From: Patescibacteria group bacterium
GTDB lineage: Bacteria > Patescibacteriota > CPR2 > UBA1875 > JAMCYV01
Reading direction: 5' to 3'
NCBI GenBank assembly: GCA_023473595.1
Contig: JAMCYV010000011.1
Coordinates: 1-60,335 of the forward strand
Length of the DNA stretch: 60,335 bases
The first letter of the stretch is position 1. The number at the start of each line of letters is the position of its first letter. A program made the position numbers and the translations under genes. Positions 1 through 9,102 of this stretch are shown in pieces. The notes beneath the pieces were generated by a model that had not been told where the DNA came from, did no database searches, and saw nothing but the letters and a program-made list of their open reading frames with translations.

Positions 1-69
1 ATCAGACATCAAGAAAAACGTAATCAAATCGATCCCCCTACTCTCTTTGACAAACTTCTAGACCAGTAG
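1..69 (+). CDS. 3' end of an unidentified upstream gene (partial, 22 codons plus TAG)
   Basis: Frame 1 is open from the window edge to TAG at 67-69 and is followed directly by hairpins. Too short to identify. Confidence 0.3.
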   Translation: MRHQEKRNQIDPPTLFDKLLDQ

Positions 70-120
70 CCGCCATATGGGCGGCAGATATAAATACCAC
101 CGGCTCGAGAGCCGGTGGTA
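69..120 (+). terminator. two tandem hairpins after the upstream stop codon
   Basis: gccgcc(69-74)/ggcggc(80-85), and a perfect 10-bp stem taccaccggc(95-104)/gccggtggta(111-120). The T tail is weak. Confidence 0.45.
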
Positions 121-271
121 GGTTATTCTTTTGGTTTACAAAATTAATTTTTGTACTATATTTAAATTATTTGCAGTAGGTTTTAGTCTTCGGCTATAAA
201 GGAGACCTTTGTTCCTTTACATATAAAATAATTGGTAGCAGCAAATATCTAATCAGGGGGATGAGGCAGAA

Positions 272-976
272 GTGGAAAAGTCGGCAGAGAAAATCGCGAA
301 AGCTAGTTCTTGGGAATTGCCGGAAGACAACAAATTCAGCAAAAATAAAAGACGAGTCTTTAAAGTAGCGGAGGTTGGAATCCTTGAGTTTATCAAGGAA
401 GAATCAAGCCGCCTGAAAAGAGGAGTTACGGCAGAGGAGGTAGCGGCAAAAAGAGGAAGCAGAAGCTTTGGGCTTTTGTATCTTCTGAAAGAGCGGGGTT
501 ACATCGTCCTTAAGAACAATCGATATAATCTGACCGAAGCCGGGCAAATCGAACTTACTCTTAATAAAAGAGTATTCGATCGGGAATTTTCAGCTCGGTT
601 GGGAACTTATTCCCAGAATGTTGAAGGGACTCTTGATGTTCCTTTTGACCTCGCTAAGGCGCTTTGTTTATCTCCCCTTTCGTTTGAAGTATTTCTGCAT
701 ATTACAGATCAGTTCAAAAAGGGGGAGGAAGTATCAAGAAGCGTTCTAGCGGCAAAATTTGGCAGAACATCTCTTCATCGAGGCGCGCCATATGAGATTT
801 TGGTGAAAGAAGGGTTTCTGATCGAAATTGGGGGGAAAGGAAACAGTTTGACTATTTATCAAGTCGGTTTTCCTCCTAAAAGGCCAATAGTGGAACAAAA
901 AAACCGATCAACAGGCATTAAATATACCGGTCGTTTCTGGATACCGCGCCAGGGTCTTGTCGTGATCGATCTGTAG
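272..976 (+). CDS. hypothetical protein, possibly two winged-helix-like modules
   Basis: 234-aa ORF with GTG start, preceded by gggggatgagg. Followed by a clean intrinsic terminator. No diagnostic motif recognised. Confidence 0.6.
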   Translation: MEKSAEKIAKASSWELPEDNKFSKNKRRVFKVAEVGILEFIKEESSRLKRGVTAEEVAAKRGSRSFGLLYLLKERGYIVLKNNRYNLTEAGQIELTLNKRVFDREFSARLGTYSQNVEGTLDVPFDLAKALCLSPLSFEVFLHITDQFKKGEEVSRSVLAAKFGRTSLHRGAPYEILVKEGFLIEIGGKGNSLTIYQVGFPPKRPIVEQKNRSTGIKYTGRFWIPRQGLVVIDL

Positions 977-980
977 TTTT

Positions 981-1007
981 GGAGCCCGAAGTCTCGGGCT
1001 CCTTTTT
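981..1007 (+). terminator. rho-independent terminator
   Basis: ggagcccga(981-989)/tcgggctcc(994-1002), loop agtc, then ttttt(1003-1007). Confidence 0.8.
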
Positions 1008-1024
1008 ACAAGCCTTAAGTTTTT

Positions 1025-2254
1025 TTGTATAATTTTTATGATATGCAATTAAATGAGCACCATCTATTAAAGCAGCATCTGTTTAGGCTAAAGCATACCG
1101 AGCTTAACGAGATTTATACTGTTCAGAGCCTAAGGGCTTTCTTTTTTTCACTGGTCTTTATTTTCATCCCTATCTACCTTTATAGAATCGGTTTTTCTCT
1201 CAATGAAATTTTTCTTTATTACACCTTTTTTTACGCTTTTGAAGCTTCTCTTGAATATCTCTCAACCCATTTTTTGGTTAAACTTGGGCCAAAGCACTGT
1301 ATAATTTTCAGTCTGCCTATTTCAGCTCTTAGTTTAGTTGCTTTATGGACTATTCCTTCTTACCATTGGCCGCTGTATCTTGTAGCTTTCTTAAACGCTC
1401 TCGGGATGGCTTTTTACTGGCAGGGATACCATTATGATTTTTCTAAGGTAAAGCATGCCGATAGGACAACCCAGGAGATAAGCAGGCTTTATATTGCACT
1501 TGCAATTCTAGGGGCAATCGCTCCTCTTTTAGGCGGGCTTATTGCTGAATATTTGGGGATGGGGCTTCTTTATATTATTGTTACTCTCGGTCTTTTAGCA
1601 GCAATTTTCCCGCTTTTTAAATCTCATGAACCCCATAGAAGGACTTTTATAGATCTTTCAAAAGTAAAGATTAAAAAGATTTTTATGGATCAGATTTCCT
1701 ATGCCAGTTATGGGATCGAAGGAGCAGCATCTGTGGTCCTTTGGCCGCTCTTTGTCTTTTTTATCGTCGGGAGCTATAAAAATGTAGGGCTAGTCACGAC
1801 TGCGGCTCTTATTCTTACTCTCTCTATCACTTATATTGTTGGTAAAAAAGCCGATAAGATGGTCAAGACTCGTTTTATTAAAACTGGAAGCTTTTTAACC
1901 GGCTTGACTTATTTTTTAAAGGCAGCGGCTGATTCTATAAGTCATGTTTTTGTTCTTAACATATTAACGAGTATCACTCATTCGCTTTTTAGCGCTTCTT
2001 GGGTAGCGGAATATTATCTTCATGCCGATGAAGAAGGCAGAGCTGAATATATTCTTCTTATGGAAATAGCAGTGGATTTAGGCAGAGTTGCTTATTTTCT
2101 GATGCTTTATTTCATAAGCTACTATTTGAGTATAAAAGTAGTGCTTGTTTTAGGGCTTGTTTTCGGGGGGATGTTCTCCTTTCTCATCGGCCTTATGCCG
2201 CCGGCTGAAAAAGAAATGAAACTGGCGGAGAATTTCAGCCCCGTTCCATCATAA
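1025..2254 (+). CDS. polytopic membrane protein, MFS-transporter-like
   Basis: 409-aa ORF, strongly hydrophobic with about 10-12 TM segments. The central loop VGKKADKMVKTR resembles MFS motif A. The TTG start at 1025 is uncertain; ATG at 1043 is an alternative. Confidence 0.6.
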   Translation: MYNFYDMQLNEHHLLKQHLFRLKHTELNEIYTVQSLRAFFFSLVFIFIPIYLYRIGFSLNEIFLYYTFFYAFEASLEYLSTHFLVKLGPKHCIIFSLPISALSLVALWTIPSYHWPLYLVAFLNALGMAFYWQGYHYDFSKVKHADRTTQEISRLYIALAILGAIAPLLGGLIAEYLGMGLLYIIVTLGLLAAIFPLFKSHEPHRRTFIDLSKVKIKKIFMDQISYASYGIEGAASVVLWPLFVFFIVGSYKNVGLVTTAALILTLSITYIVGKKADKMVKTRFIKTGSFLTGLTYFLKAAADSISHVFVLNILTSITHSLFSASWVAEYYLHADEEGRAEYILLMEIAVDLGRVAYFLMLYFISYYLSIKVVLVLGLVFGGMFSFLIGLMPPAEKEMKLAENFSPVPS

Positions 2255-2289
2255 TTGCTTAAGTTTATCTTTCTTACTATAATTGAAGT

Positions 2290-2664
2290 ATGGGATATAA
2301 GGCTTTTTTATCGATGGTAACAACAATGACAGTGATTTCAGGCTTAGCTTTTCTAACGGTTCTTTTTTCCTTGGCACCGGAAAAAGGTTTTTTAAGCCAG
2401 TTTGCCTTTTTTGCCAGTCTTTTCCTTTTTTCAGCCGGACTTTTAACGCTTGTGGGGTTTTACGGCCGACGTGTTATTTTTGGAAATGAAATTCTCTATG
2501 CCAACGTTAAAGTGGCCTTTAGACAAGCAATTTTTCTATCCCTTTACCTTATTTGTATTCTTGGCCTTAATTCTTATAAACTTTTAGCTTTTTGGGATGC
2601 AATTCTTTTATTTTTCTGTATAATATTATTAGAATTTTATTTTAAAACAAGAAAAATTTCTTAA
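2290..2664 (+). CDS. small integral membrane protein
   Basis: 124-aa ORF with about 4 hydrophobic segments, same strand and operon context. Confidence 0.55.
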   Translation: MGYKAFLSMVTTMTVISGLAFLTVLFSLAPEKGFLSQFAFFASLFLFSAGLLTLVGFYGRRVIFGNEILYANVKVAFRQAIFLSLYLICILGLNSYKLLAFWDAILLFFCIILLEFYFKTRKIS

Positions 2665-2684
2665 GGTTAATTAAAGGAGGAAAT

Positions 2685-3044
2685 ATGGGAATCTCATCTA
2701 GTTCGATAATAATTGTTCTTTTGCTTTGGTATGTTCTACTGGGGATTTATAATTTAGGATATCTTTTTGCAACCAAAAGAATAAAAGAAGTCAACTGGCC
2801 GAAATTTATTTTGAGTGTCCTTACTCTGACTTTTCTTTATGCTTTGGCCAGTTTTGTAACAATCGCTTTCTTCTCAAGCAGTTTCGCTCTTTTCGCTATA
2901 TTTAATACTTTGCTTCTTTTAGGGGTCGGTTTTATCGAAGGGTTTTATGTTTTAAAACAAAGGATGAACGAGGCAGCGATTTATTCAGTCATTTTTGTCG
3001 TTTTGTTCAGTCTTTTGTGGTACAAAATTCTTGGGCTTATTTAA
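2685..3044 (+). CDS. small integral membrane protein
   Basis: 119-aa ORF with RBS aaaggagg just upstream of the ATG. About 4 hydrophobic segments. Confidence 0.6.
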   Translation: MGISSSSIIIVLLLWYVLLGIYNLGYLFATKRIKEVNWPKFILSVLTLTFLYALASFVTIAFFSSSFALFAIFNTLLLLGVGFIEGFYVLKQRMNEAAIYSVIFVVLFSLLWYKILGLI

Positions 3045-3060
3045 AGAGGACTTATTTTTA

Positions 3061-4074
3061 ATGAAGCAGGAGATTGAAGGTTTAAGAGAGAGCTTTAGAA
3101 GCGATTTAGCTAAAGCTCGAGAGGAGAGGGAACTAGAGGCAACAAGGGTCAAATACCTTGGCCGTAAAGGCCTTTTGACTTTGATTTTGAAAAAAATTTC
3201 GGATCTTCCTTTGGATCAAAAGAAAGAGATCGGGAGTCTTGCAAATAGCCTCAAAAAAGAGATTACAGCGCTTTTAAATAAAAAGAAAAAGGATCTTGAA
3301 TCCCTGAAAGTTTCTAATTTACAAAAAGAAGCGATAGATATTACTGCTCCGGGATCTAAGTTTCCTTTGGGCCACCTGCATCCTGTAACCCAGGTTTTTG
3401 ATGATATTATCGAAATCTTCAAAAGGCTTGGTTTTTCTGTTGCCGAAGGCCCCGAGGTCGAAAGCGATTGGTATAATTTCCAAGCTTTGAATTTCCCCAA
3501 AGATCATCCGGCTAGGGACACCCAGGATACTCTTTTTGTTTCAGAAGAGATAGTCCTAAGGACCCAGACTTCGCCAGTCCAAATCCGTTATATGGAGGAA
3601 AACAAGCCGCCGATTCGGGTAGTTGCTCCAGGAAGAACTTATAGAAGAGACAGCGATGTCACTCATACCCCAATGTTTCATCAGCTTGAAGGGTTAGCGG
3701 TTAGCACAGACATTAGATTCTCTGACCTAAAAGGAACTCTGGAATATTTTGTTCACGAATTTTTCGGTTCGGAAAGAAAACTAAGATTCAGACCTCACTT
3801 TTTTCCTTTTACAGAACCCAGTGCTGAAGTGGATATTTCCTGCGGGATCTGTAACAGCAAGGGCTGTAGGGTTTGCAAGTTTTCCGGCTGGATTGAAGTC
3901 TTAGGGGCAGGGATGGTTCATCCCCAAGTTTTAAAAAATGGCGGGATTGATCCTAAAGTGTATCGGGGTTTTGCTTTCGGCTTGGGAATCGAGAGGTTGG
4001 CAATGCTTAAGTATAACATCGATGATTTAAGATTATTTTTTGAAAATGATTTAAGATTTTTGAAGCAGTTTTGA
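3061..4074 (+). CDS. pheS: phenylalanine--tRNA ligase alpha subunit
   Basis: Class II aaRS motifs FPKDHPARDTQDT, RTQTSPVQIRYM, GRTYRRD, FHQLEG, GAGMVHP, GFAFGLGIERLAM. ATG at 3061 is chosen over the ORF-track start 2995, which overlaps the upstream gene. Confidence 0.95.
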   Translation: MKQEIEGLRESFRSDLAKAREERELEATRVKYLGRKGLLTLILKKISDLPLDQKKEIGSLANSLKKEITALLNKKKKDLESLKVSNLQKEAIDITAPGSKFPLGHLHPVTQVFDDIIEIFKRLGFSVAEGPEVESDWYNFQALNFPKDHPARDTQDTLFVSEEIVLRTQTSPVQIRYMEENKPPIRVVAPGRTYRRDSDVTHTPMFHQLEGLAVSTDIRFSDLKGTLEYFVHEFFGSERKLRFRPHFFPFTEPSAEVDISCGICNSKGCRVCKFSGWIEVLGAGMVHPQVLKNGGIDPKVYRGFAFGLGIERLAMLKYNIDDLRLFFENDLRFLKQF

Positions 4075-4075
4075 G

Positions 4076-4147
4076 GTTAGGGATTAGGAAATAGGAAAAT
4101 AGGAAACTAGGGGATTAGGTAATTATGAAAATAGGGATTAAAAAGTA
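4076..4147. repeat. A/G-rich word repeats (tagga/attagg units) flanking the four-helix-bundle gene on the left
   Basis: ggttagggattaggaaataggaaaataggaaactaggggattaggtaatt. aggaaactag(4101-4110) is the perfect inverse of ctagtttcct(4511-4520). Confidence 0.6.
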
Positions 4148-4522
4148 ATGGCTAGTTTAGAAGATTTAAAAATTTATAAAATGGCATGTGATTTAGAAAA
4201 ATTTGTTTATGAATTGGTGATTTCATTTCCAAAAGAGGAAAAGTATCGTCAAATTGATCAAATGAAAAGATCCTCTGCATCGGTTTGCGATAATATTGCA
4301 GAAGGTTATGGTAAATTTAGTTTTCAAAGTAAAATTCAATCATTTTATGTTGCTAGAGGAGAAGCAATGGAAATAAAAAACCAATTGGAAAGGTCGATCA
4401 ATAAAAAGTTTGTTACCAAAAATAAAGCTGAAAATCTAATAAAAGGTTATACAGAATTAATAAAGGGTATTAATGGTTATATTAATTACTTGCGAAAGGA
4501 GAAGGAAAACCTAGTTTCCTAA
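4148..4522 (+). CDS. four-helix-bundle protein (23S rRNA intervening-sequence protein family)
   Basis: 124 aa. Family-typical pattern KIYKMACDL..V..L...FPKEEKY....Q..RS..SV..NIAEGYG...........ARGE..E. Confidence 0.8.
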   Translation: MASLEDLKIYKMACDLEKFVYELVISFPKEEKYRQIDQMKRSSASVCDNIAEGYGKFSFQSKIQSFYVARGEAMEIKNQLERSINKKFVTKNKAENLIKGYTELIKGINGYINYLRKEKENLVS

Positions 4523-4547
4523 TTAACTAATTCCCCATTTAACTAAT

Positions 4548-7379
4548 ATGAGAATACCGATTAATTGGCTTAAAGAATATGTGGATTTCAAACTGACGAC
4601 AGGGGAGCTTTCTGATAAATTAACGATGTCCGGGACGGAAAATGAGATCTTGAGCGAAGCGACGGCGATTGATCCGAATGTCATCGTGGCGGAAATCCTA
4701 GAGATCAAACCACATCCAAATGCCGACAAACTAAGGGTTGTGAGAGTTAGAATTTCAGATAAAGAGGAAAAGGAGATAGTCTGCGGAGCGGCAAACATCG
4801 AAGCCGGGCAGAAAGTGCCTTTAGCTTTGCCAGGTGCAAAATTCGGGGAATTTGAGATCGAAGAAACCGAAATAAGAGGGGTAAAGTCGCCGGGAATGCT
4901 TTGTTCGGAAAAAGAACTGGGGATTTCTGACCATGCGGAAGGGATTATGATTCTAGAACCGGATTCACCTGTCGGTGAAAGCTTGGCTAACATTTTAAGG
5001 GGCGGTAAAAATGTCTTAGAAGCGGAAATTACTCCAAATAGGGGTGATTGTCTTTCCATTATTGGGGTCGCTAGAGAGGTGGCGGCGGTAACAGGAAAGA
5101 GAATTAAGGATTTAGAATTTAGAATTAAGGAGTCTAAAGAAAGGGCGGAAGATTTTCTAAATATTAAAGTCGAGGAAAAAGAACTTTGTCCTCGGTATGT
5201 TGCAAGAGTAGTCAAAATTAAAAATAACGGCAAATCGCCGAAATGGATGCAGGAAAGATTAATTGAATCGGGGATAAGGCCTATAAGCATGGTCGTCGAC
5301 GTTACAAATTATGTCATGCTTGAAATGGGCCAACCTTTGCATGCTTTCGATTTTGATAAGTTAACAGTTAACAGTAAACAGAAAACAGAAATAATTGTTC
5401 GCAGAGCAAAGGATAATGAAATAATTAAAACTCTAGATGGAATTGAAAGAAAGCTAACAAAAGATGATTTGGTTATTGCTGATTTAAAGCAAGCTATTGC
5501 CGTTGCCGGGGTCATGGGCGGAGCCAATACAGAAGTTGATGAAAATACCAAAATGGTGATTCTAGAGTCAGCAGCTTTCGATAAAGTATCCGTTAGAAAG
5601 ACGGCCCAAAAGTTGAATTTAAGAAGCGAAGCTTCGAATCGATTTGAAAAAGGCATTCCTATATCTCTAAATGAAATGGCTATCGACCGGGCGGCATGGC
5701 TTTTAGCAGAAATTGCCGGCGGCGAGGTCATGTCCGGGCGGCTGGACGTCCTTTCCAAATGGATTTGGGTTCAGCATATAGGATTTAGAATCTCGAACTT
5801 TGAAAAGTTCTTGGGGGAAAGGGTCGAGGAAAAAAGGATTGTTGAGATTCTTAAATCTTTAGGCTTTGAAGCAGAAAAATTTGATATTAAAAAAGAAGCC
5901 AAAAAACACTTGGGGAAGCCTTATATTTATGGCGCCAGTTTCAGGACTCACGGAACTAATGCCTTTGATTGCTCCTATTTTACTGATTATATTTATTCTT
6001 TGATCGGTCTAAATATCGGCCACACAGCTCTCGATCAATTTGAAAATGGCAAGGAAGTAAAAGAAAAAGACTTAAAACCCGGCGACTTACTCTTCTACAT
6101 TGGTCACAATCCGAGGAAAAGCAAAAAATATCCCAAAGGCGTCGGACATGTCGGGCTTTACATAGGGGGCGGGGAAATAGTGGATTCTGTAAAGTTTGAA
6201 TATGATGAGAAAACTAAGACCTACAAAGAGAAGGGCCATCAGGCAGTCCATGAACAACCGGTAGAAATCTTTATGGAAAACCCTGAATTCTTGGGCGCCA
6301 GAAGATACTATGATGATTTAGATGATTTCATTGCGGTCGCTGTCCCTTGGTGGCGACTTGATGTTACTTTGGAAGAAGACCTCTATGAAGAAGTAACAAG
6401 AATTTATGGCTATAACAAGGTAAAAAGTACCTTGCCTATAGGGGAGCTCCCAAAGCCCAAGGATTTAGAAAAACTTTCTTTAGTTAAAAAAATAAGAGAG
6501 GTTTTAAAGGGAATTGGCTTTGCTGAAACTTACAATTATTCATTTATCGGCGAAGATTCATTTAAAGCGCTTGATTTAGATTTAAAAGACGCCGTCAAAA
6601 TCCAAAATCCGATTGCCAAAGATCTTGAATACATGAGAACTTTGCTTTTGCCTTCGCTTCTCTTAGATATTCAAAAAAACCAAGGCAATTTTGAGGCGAT
6701 TAAAATATTCGAGATCGCCCAAATCTACTTAAGCAAAGGAAAGATTGATTCCTTACCGGAAGAAATTCCGCATCTTGCCGGGGCTATTTTAGGAGGCGAA
6801 TCGCCAGGGATAAATTATAAAGAAGGGAAAGAATTCTATCAGATAAAGGGAGCGATCCAAAATATTGCTAAAGAGATTTTAGACAAAATTGATTTTGTTC
6901 CAGGAACAAATAAAAACCTTCATCCTTTTAGATCAGCTGATCTTTTAATCAAAGGCAAAAAGATCGGTTTTATAGGAGAAGTTAAACCAGATATTCTTCG
7001 AAAATTCGATATCAAAAAGAGGACTGCTATTTTTGAAATTGATCTTTCAACTATTTTAGAAATAGTAGGAAAAGAAAAAAGATTTGTTCCTTTCAGCCGC
7101 TATCCTTCTATTTCTAGAGATTTAGCCTTTGTTATAGGAAAAAACGTTCAGGTAAAGGATATACTTTCCGTGGTTGACCCAAAGAGCGACCTAGTCCAAA
7201 ATATTTCCATAAAAGACATATATTTTGGCAAGGAAATGGGCGAGAATAAGAAAAGCGTTCTTATAAATATTATCTACCAGGGAAAAGACAGAACCCTTGA
7301 AGAAAAAGAGATAGAAAACATTGAGAAGAAAGTTATTGAAAATGTTAGCCAAAAACTCCAGGGTACGCTAAGGGATTAG
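4548..7379 (+). CDS. pheT: phenylalanine--tRNA ligase beta subunit with an inserted NlpC/P60 domain
   Basis: N-terminal tRNA-binding OB fold (KPHPNADKLRVVRV). B5 consensus flanks FLGERVEEKRIVEILKSLGF and VAVPWWRLDVTLEEDLYEEVTRIYGYN. FDX-ACB-like C terminus. 943 aa, with a ~149-aa insert at 5883-6329. Confidence 0.95.
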   Translation: MRIPINWLKEYVDFKLTTGELSDKLTMSGTENEILSEATAIDPNVIVAEILEIKPHPNADKLRVVRVRISDKEEKEIVCGAANIEAGQKVPLALPGAKFGEFEIEETEIRGVKSPGMLCSEKELGISDHAEGIMILEPDSPVGESLANILRGGKNVLEAEITPNRGDCLSIIGVAREVAAVTGKRIKDLEFRIKESKERAEDFLNIKVEEKELCPRYVARVVKIKNNGKSPKWMQERLIESGIRPISMVVDVTNYVMLEMGQPLHAFDFDKLTVNSKQKTEIIVRRAKDNEIIKTLDGIERKLTKDDLVIADLKQAIAVAGVMGGANTEVDENTKMVILESAAFDKVSVRKTAQKLNLRSEASNRFEKGIPISLNEMAIDRAAWLLAEIAGGEVMSGRLDVLSKWIWVQHIGFRISNFEKFLGERVEEKRIVEILKSLGFEAEKFDIKKEAKKHLGKPYIYGASFRTHGTNAFDCSYFTDYIYSLIGLNIGHTALDQFENGKEVKEKDLKPGDLLFYIGHNPRKSKKYPKGVGHVGLYIGGGEIVDSVKFEYDEKTKTYKEKGHQAVHEQPVEIFMENPEFLGARRYYDDLDDFIAVAVPWWRLDVTLEEDLYEEVTRIYGYNKVKSTLPIGELPKPKDLEKLSLVKKIREVLKGIGFAETYNYSFIGEDSFKALDLDLKDAVKIQNPIAKDLEYMRTLLLPSLLLDIQKNQGNFEAIKIFEIAQIYLSKGKIDSLPEEIPHLAGAILGGESPGINYKEGKEFYQIKGAIQNIAKEILDKIDFVPGTNKNLHPFRSADLLIKGKKIGFIGEVKPDILRKFDIKKRTAIFEIDLSTILEIVGKEKRFVPFSRYPSISRDLAFVIGKNVQVKDILSVVDPKSDLVQNISIKDIYFGKEMGENKKSVLINIIYQGKDRTLEEKEIENIEKKVIENVSQKLQGTLRD

Positions 7380-7380
7380 A

Positions 7381-8988
7381 ATGAAACAAAAAAAAGCGAT
7401 TCTTTTAGATGGAATTTACGTCGACGAAGATAAATTCGAAGCGGTTAAAATTGAGAAAGAAAAAGAATCAGTCCCTAAAAAGAAGAGAGACATAAAGGAA
7501 AAGAAAGGTTCTCGAAAGAAATATTTCTTAAAGGCCATTACGGCGGTATTTTCAACAATTTTTTTTCTTTTAATTGCATTCTCACTTGGCATTTACTTCG
7601 GTTTCGGCAGTTTCTATAAAAATCAAGCCTTCCCCAGTGTCTACGTCTTGGGCCAGCATATCGGCGGCAAATATAAGCCAGAAGTTGAGAAAATCGTAAG
7701 AAAAGGTCTTGATGATACTAGAATCTACTTTCAGATAGACAAAAAAGAAGAATCAGTCAGCCTCTATGATTTAGGAGTCATTATAAATGCCGATGAGCTT
7801 GCCAGAGATTCCTTCAAAGTGGGAAGAACCGGAAAAATAACAGATGATTTTTTGAGCCGGCTTTCTTCCTTTGTTTACTGGCTTTCGCCTAAACTTTATG
7901 CAGGGAGTTTTGGTAAAAACACTGTAGATATTAACTACAACATCAATAGAGAAAAGTTGGAAGGCTTTTCGAAAACCCTTTTTGAAAAATACAAAAACCC
8001 CGGTAAAAACGCCTCAATCATAATAAAAGGCGTCGATGTCGAGGTATTGCCATCGCAGTATGGAGAAAAAATCATCACCGATACTCTTTCAGAACAAATA
8101 CGAATCGCTTTAAATGGGCTTAAAGAAGGAGACAAAGTAGTCTTAGGTCTCTCAAAGGAGAAAGTGGCGCCAAGCATCCAGGAAAACAATCTAGGGGAAA
8201 CCGTTGCTAAAACGAGAGTGATTATTAATAAAAATGTTGTTTTAAAGTTTGAAGAGAAAACTTACTCGCCTACCAAAGAGCAGATTGCGTCCTGGATCCT
8301 CTTCGAAGAGGCGAGCGGGATTCTAGTCCCTAAGGTTGCTCAAGAGAGCGTCGAAGCTTACTTAAATGAAGTTGCTAAAAATATCGATATTACTCCTATT
8401 AATAGGAAGATAAGGGTTGAAAACGGGGTAAAAGAAGTTGTTGAAGAAGAAGGAAAAGAAGGGAGGAGTCTTTTAGTCGTTGATGATGCTGCTAAATTAA
8501 AAACAGCATTAGAAGGCGGCGATCAAGATATTTATCAGAATCTAATTGTAGTGACCGTTTATCCAAAAGAGATTAGAAATGATGTTTTAATCGCCAATTG
8601 GGATAAATATATAGACATCAATGTTTCAACTCAGACCCTGGTAGCTTATGAAAAAGGCGGAGTCCAAGTAGGGAGTTGGGCAGTAACAACAGGGAAGGAA
8701 AGTACTCCGACACCTGTTGGGATTTGGCTTGTTCACGGTAAATCAGAAGTAACGAGAATGACCGGCGGAACACCTGGAATAGACTATTATGATCTCCCTA
8801 ACGTCCATTGGGTCACTTGGTTTAAGGGCGGGGGTTTTTCTATTCACGAAGCCTATTGGAGGAGCTCTTTTGGGGGAGCGGATTATGTCTGGAGCGGTTC
8901 CCATGGCTGTGTAAATGCGACTTATGATGCGGCTCTCTTTATCTATAATTGGGCACCAATCGGAACTCCGGTAATTGTCCATTATTAG
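7381..8988 (+). CDS. L,D-transpeptidase (YkuD domain) with N-terminal TM anchor
   Basis: C-terminal YkuD signature ..TPTPVGIW...............HE......GGADYVWSGSHGCVN. TM segment AITAVFSTIFFLLIAFSLGIYFGF. ATG lies 1 nt after the pheT stop. Confidence 0.9.
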   Translation: MKQKKAILLDGIYVDEDKFEAVKIEKEKESVPKKKRDIKEKKGSRKKYFLKAITAVFSTIFFLLIAFSLGIYFGFGSFYKNQAFPSVYVLGQHIGGKYKPEVEKIVRKGLDDTRIYFQIDKKEESVSLYDLGVIINADELARDSFKVGRTGKITDDFLSRLSSFVYWLSPKLYAGSFGKNTVDINYNINREKLEGFSKTLFEKYKNPGKNASIIIKGVDVEVLPSQYGEKIITDTLSEQIRIALNGLKEGDKVVLGLSKEKVAPSIQENNLGETVAKTRVIINKNVVLKFEEKTYSPTKEQIASWILFEEASGILVPKVAQESVEAYLNEVAKNIDITPINRKIRVENGVKEVVEEEGKEGRSLLVVDDAAKLKTALEGGDQDIYQNLIVVTVYPKEIRNDVLIANWDKYIDINVSTQTLVAYEKGGVQVGSWAVTTGKESTPTPVGIWLVHGKSEVTRMTGGTPGIDYYDLPNVHWVTWFKGGGFSIHEAYWRSSFGGADYVWSGSHGCVNATYDAALFIYNWAPIGTPVIVHY

Positions 8989-9102
8989 TAGAATCTAGAT
9001 CTAAGTCTTTAGAATCTGGATAAATAAAAAGCTTTTTACCATTTTCTTTTTTATTTCTTATATTTGATATGCTAAAATAAACTTGAGAATTAAGGAGAAA
9101 AA

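Noticed and set aside
2995-3060. ORF-track N-terminal extensions of pheS (2995), the SBP gene (36686), gatC (50338), the surface protein (22663), the LysM gene (41140) and the 21740 gene (22294)
   Set aside because: The extensions overlap upstream genes or promoter elements and lack RBS support. Internal ATG or GTG starts with better context were chosen.
4523-5758. Long antisense ORFs inside pheT (4523-5290, 255 aa, and 5309-5758, 149 aa)
   Set aside because: They are S/L/I-rich shadow ORFs fully inside a confidently identified + strand gene, with no motifs. The same applies to the antisense ORFs within pheS, the ATPase, the coiled-coil gene, gyrB (17339-17932), gyrA, ligA, gatA, gatB and dnaE.
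5883-6329. Whether the PheT insert could be an intein
   Set aside because: There is no N-terminal Cys/Ser splice junction, no block B TxxH and no C-terminal HN-C/S/T junction. The segment reads as an NlpC/P60 fold instead.
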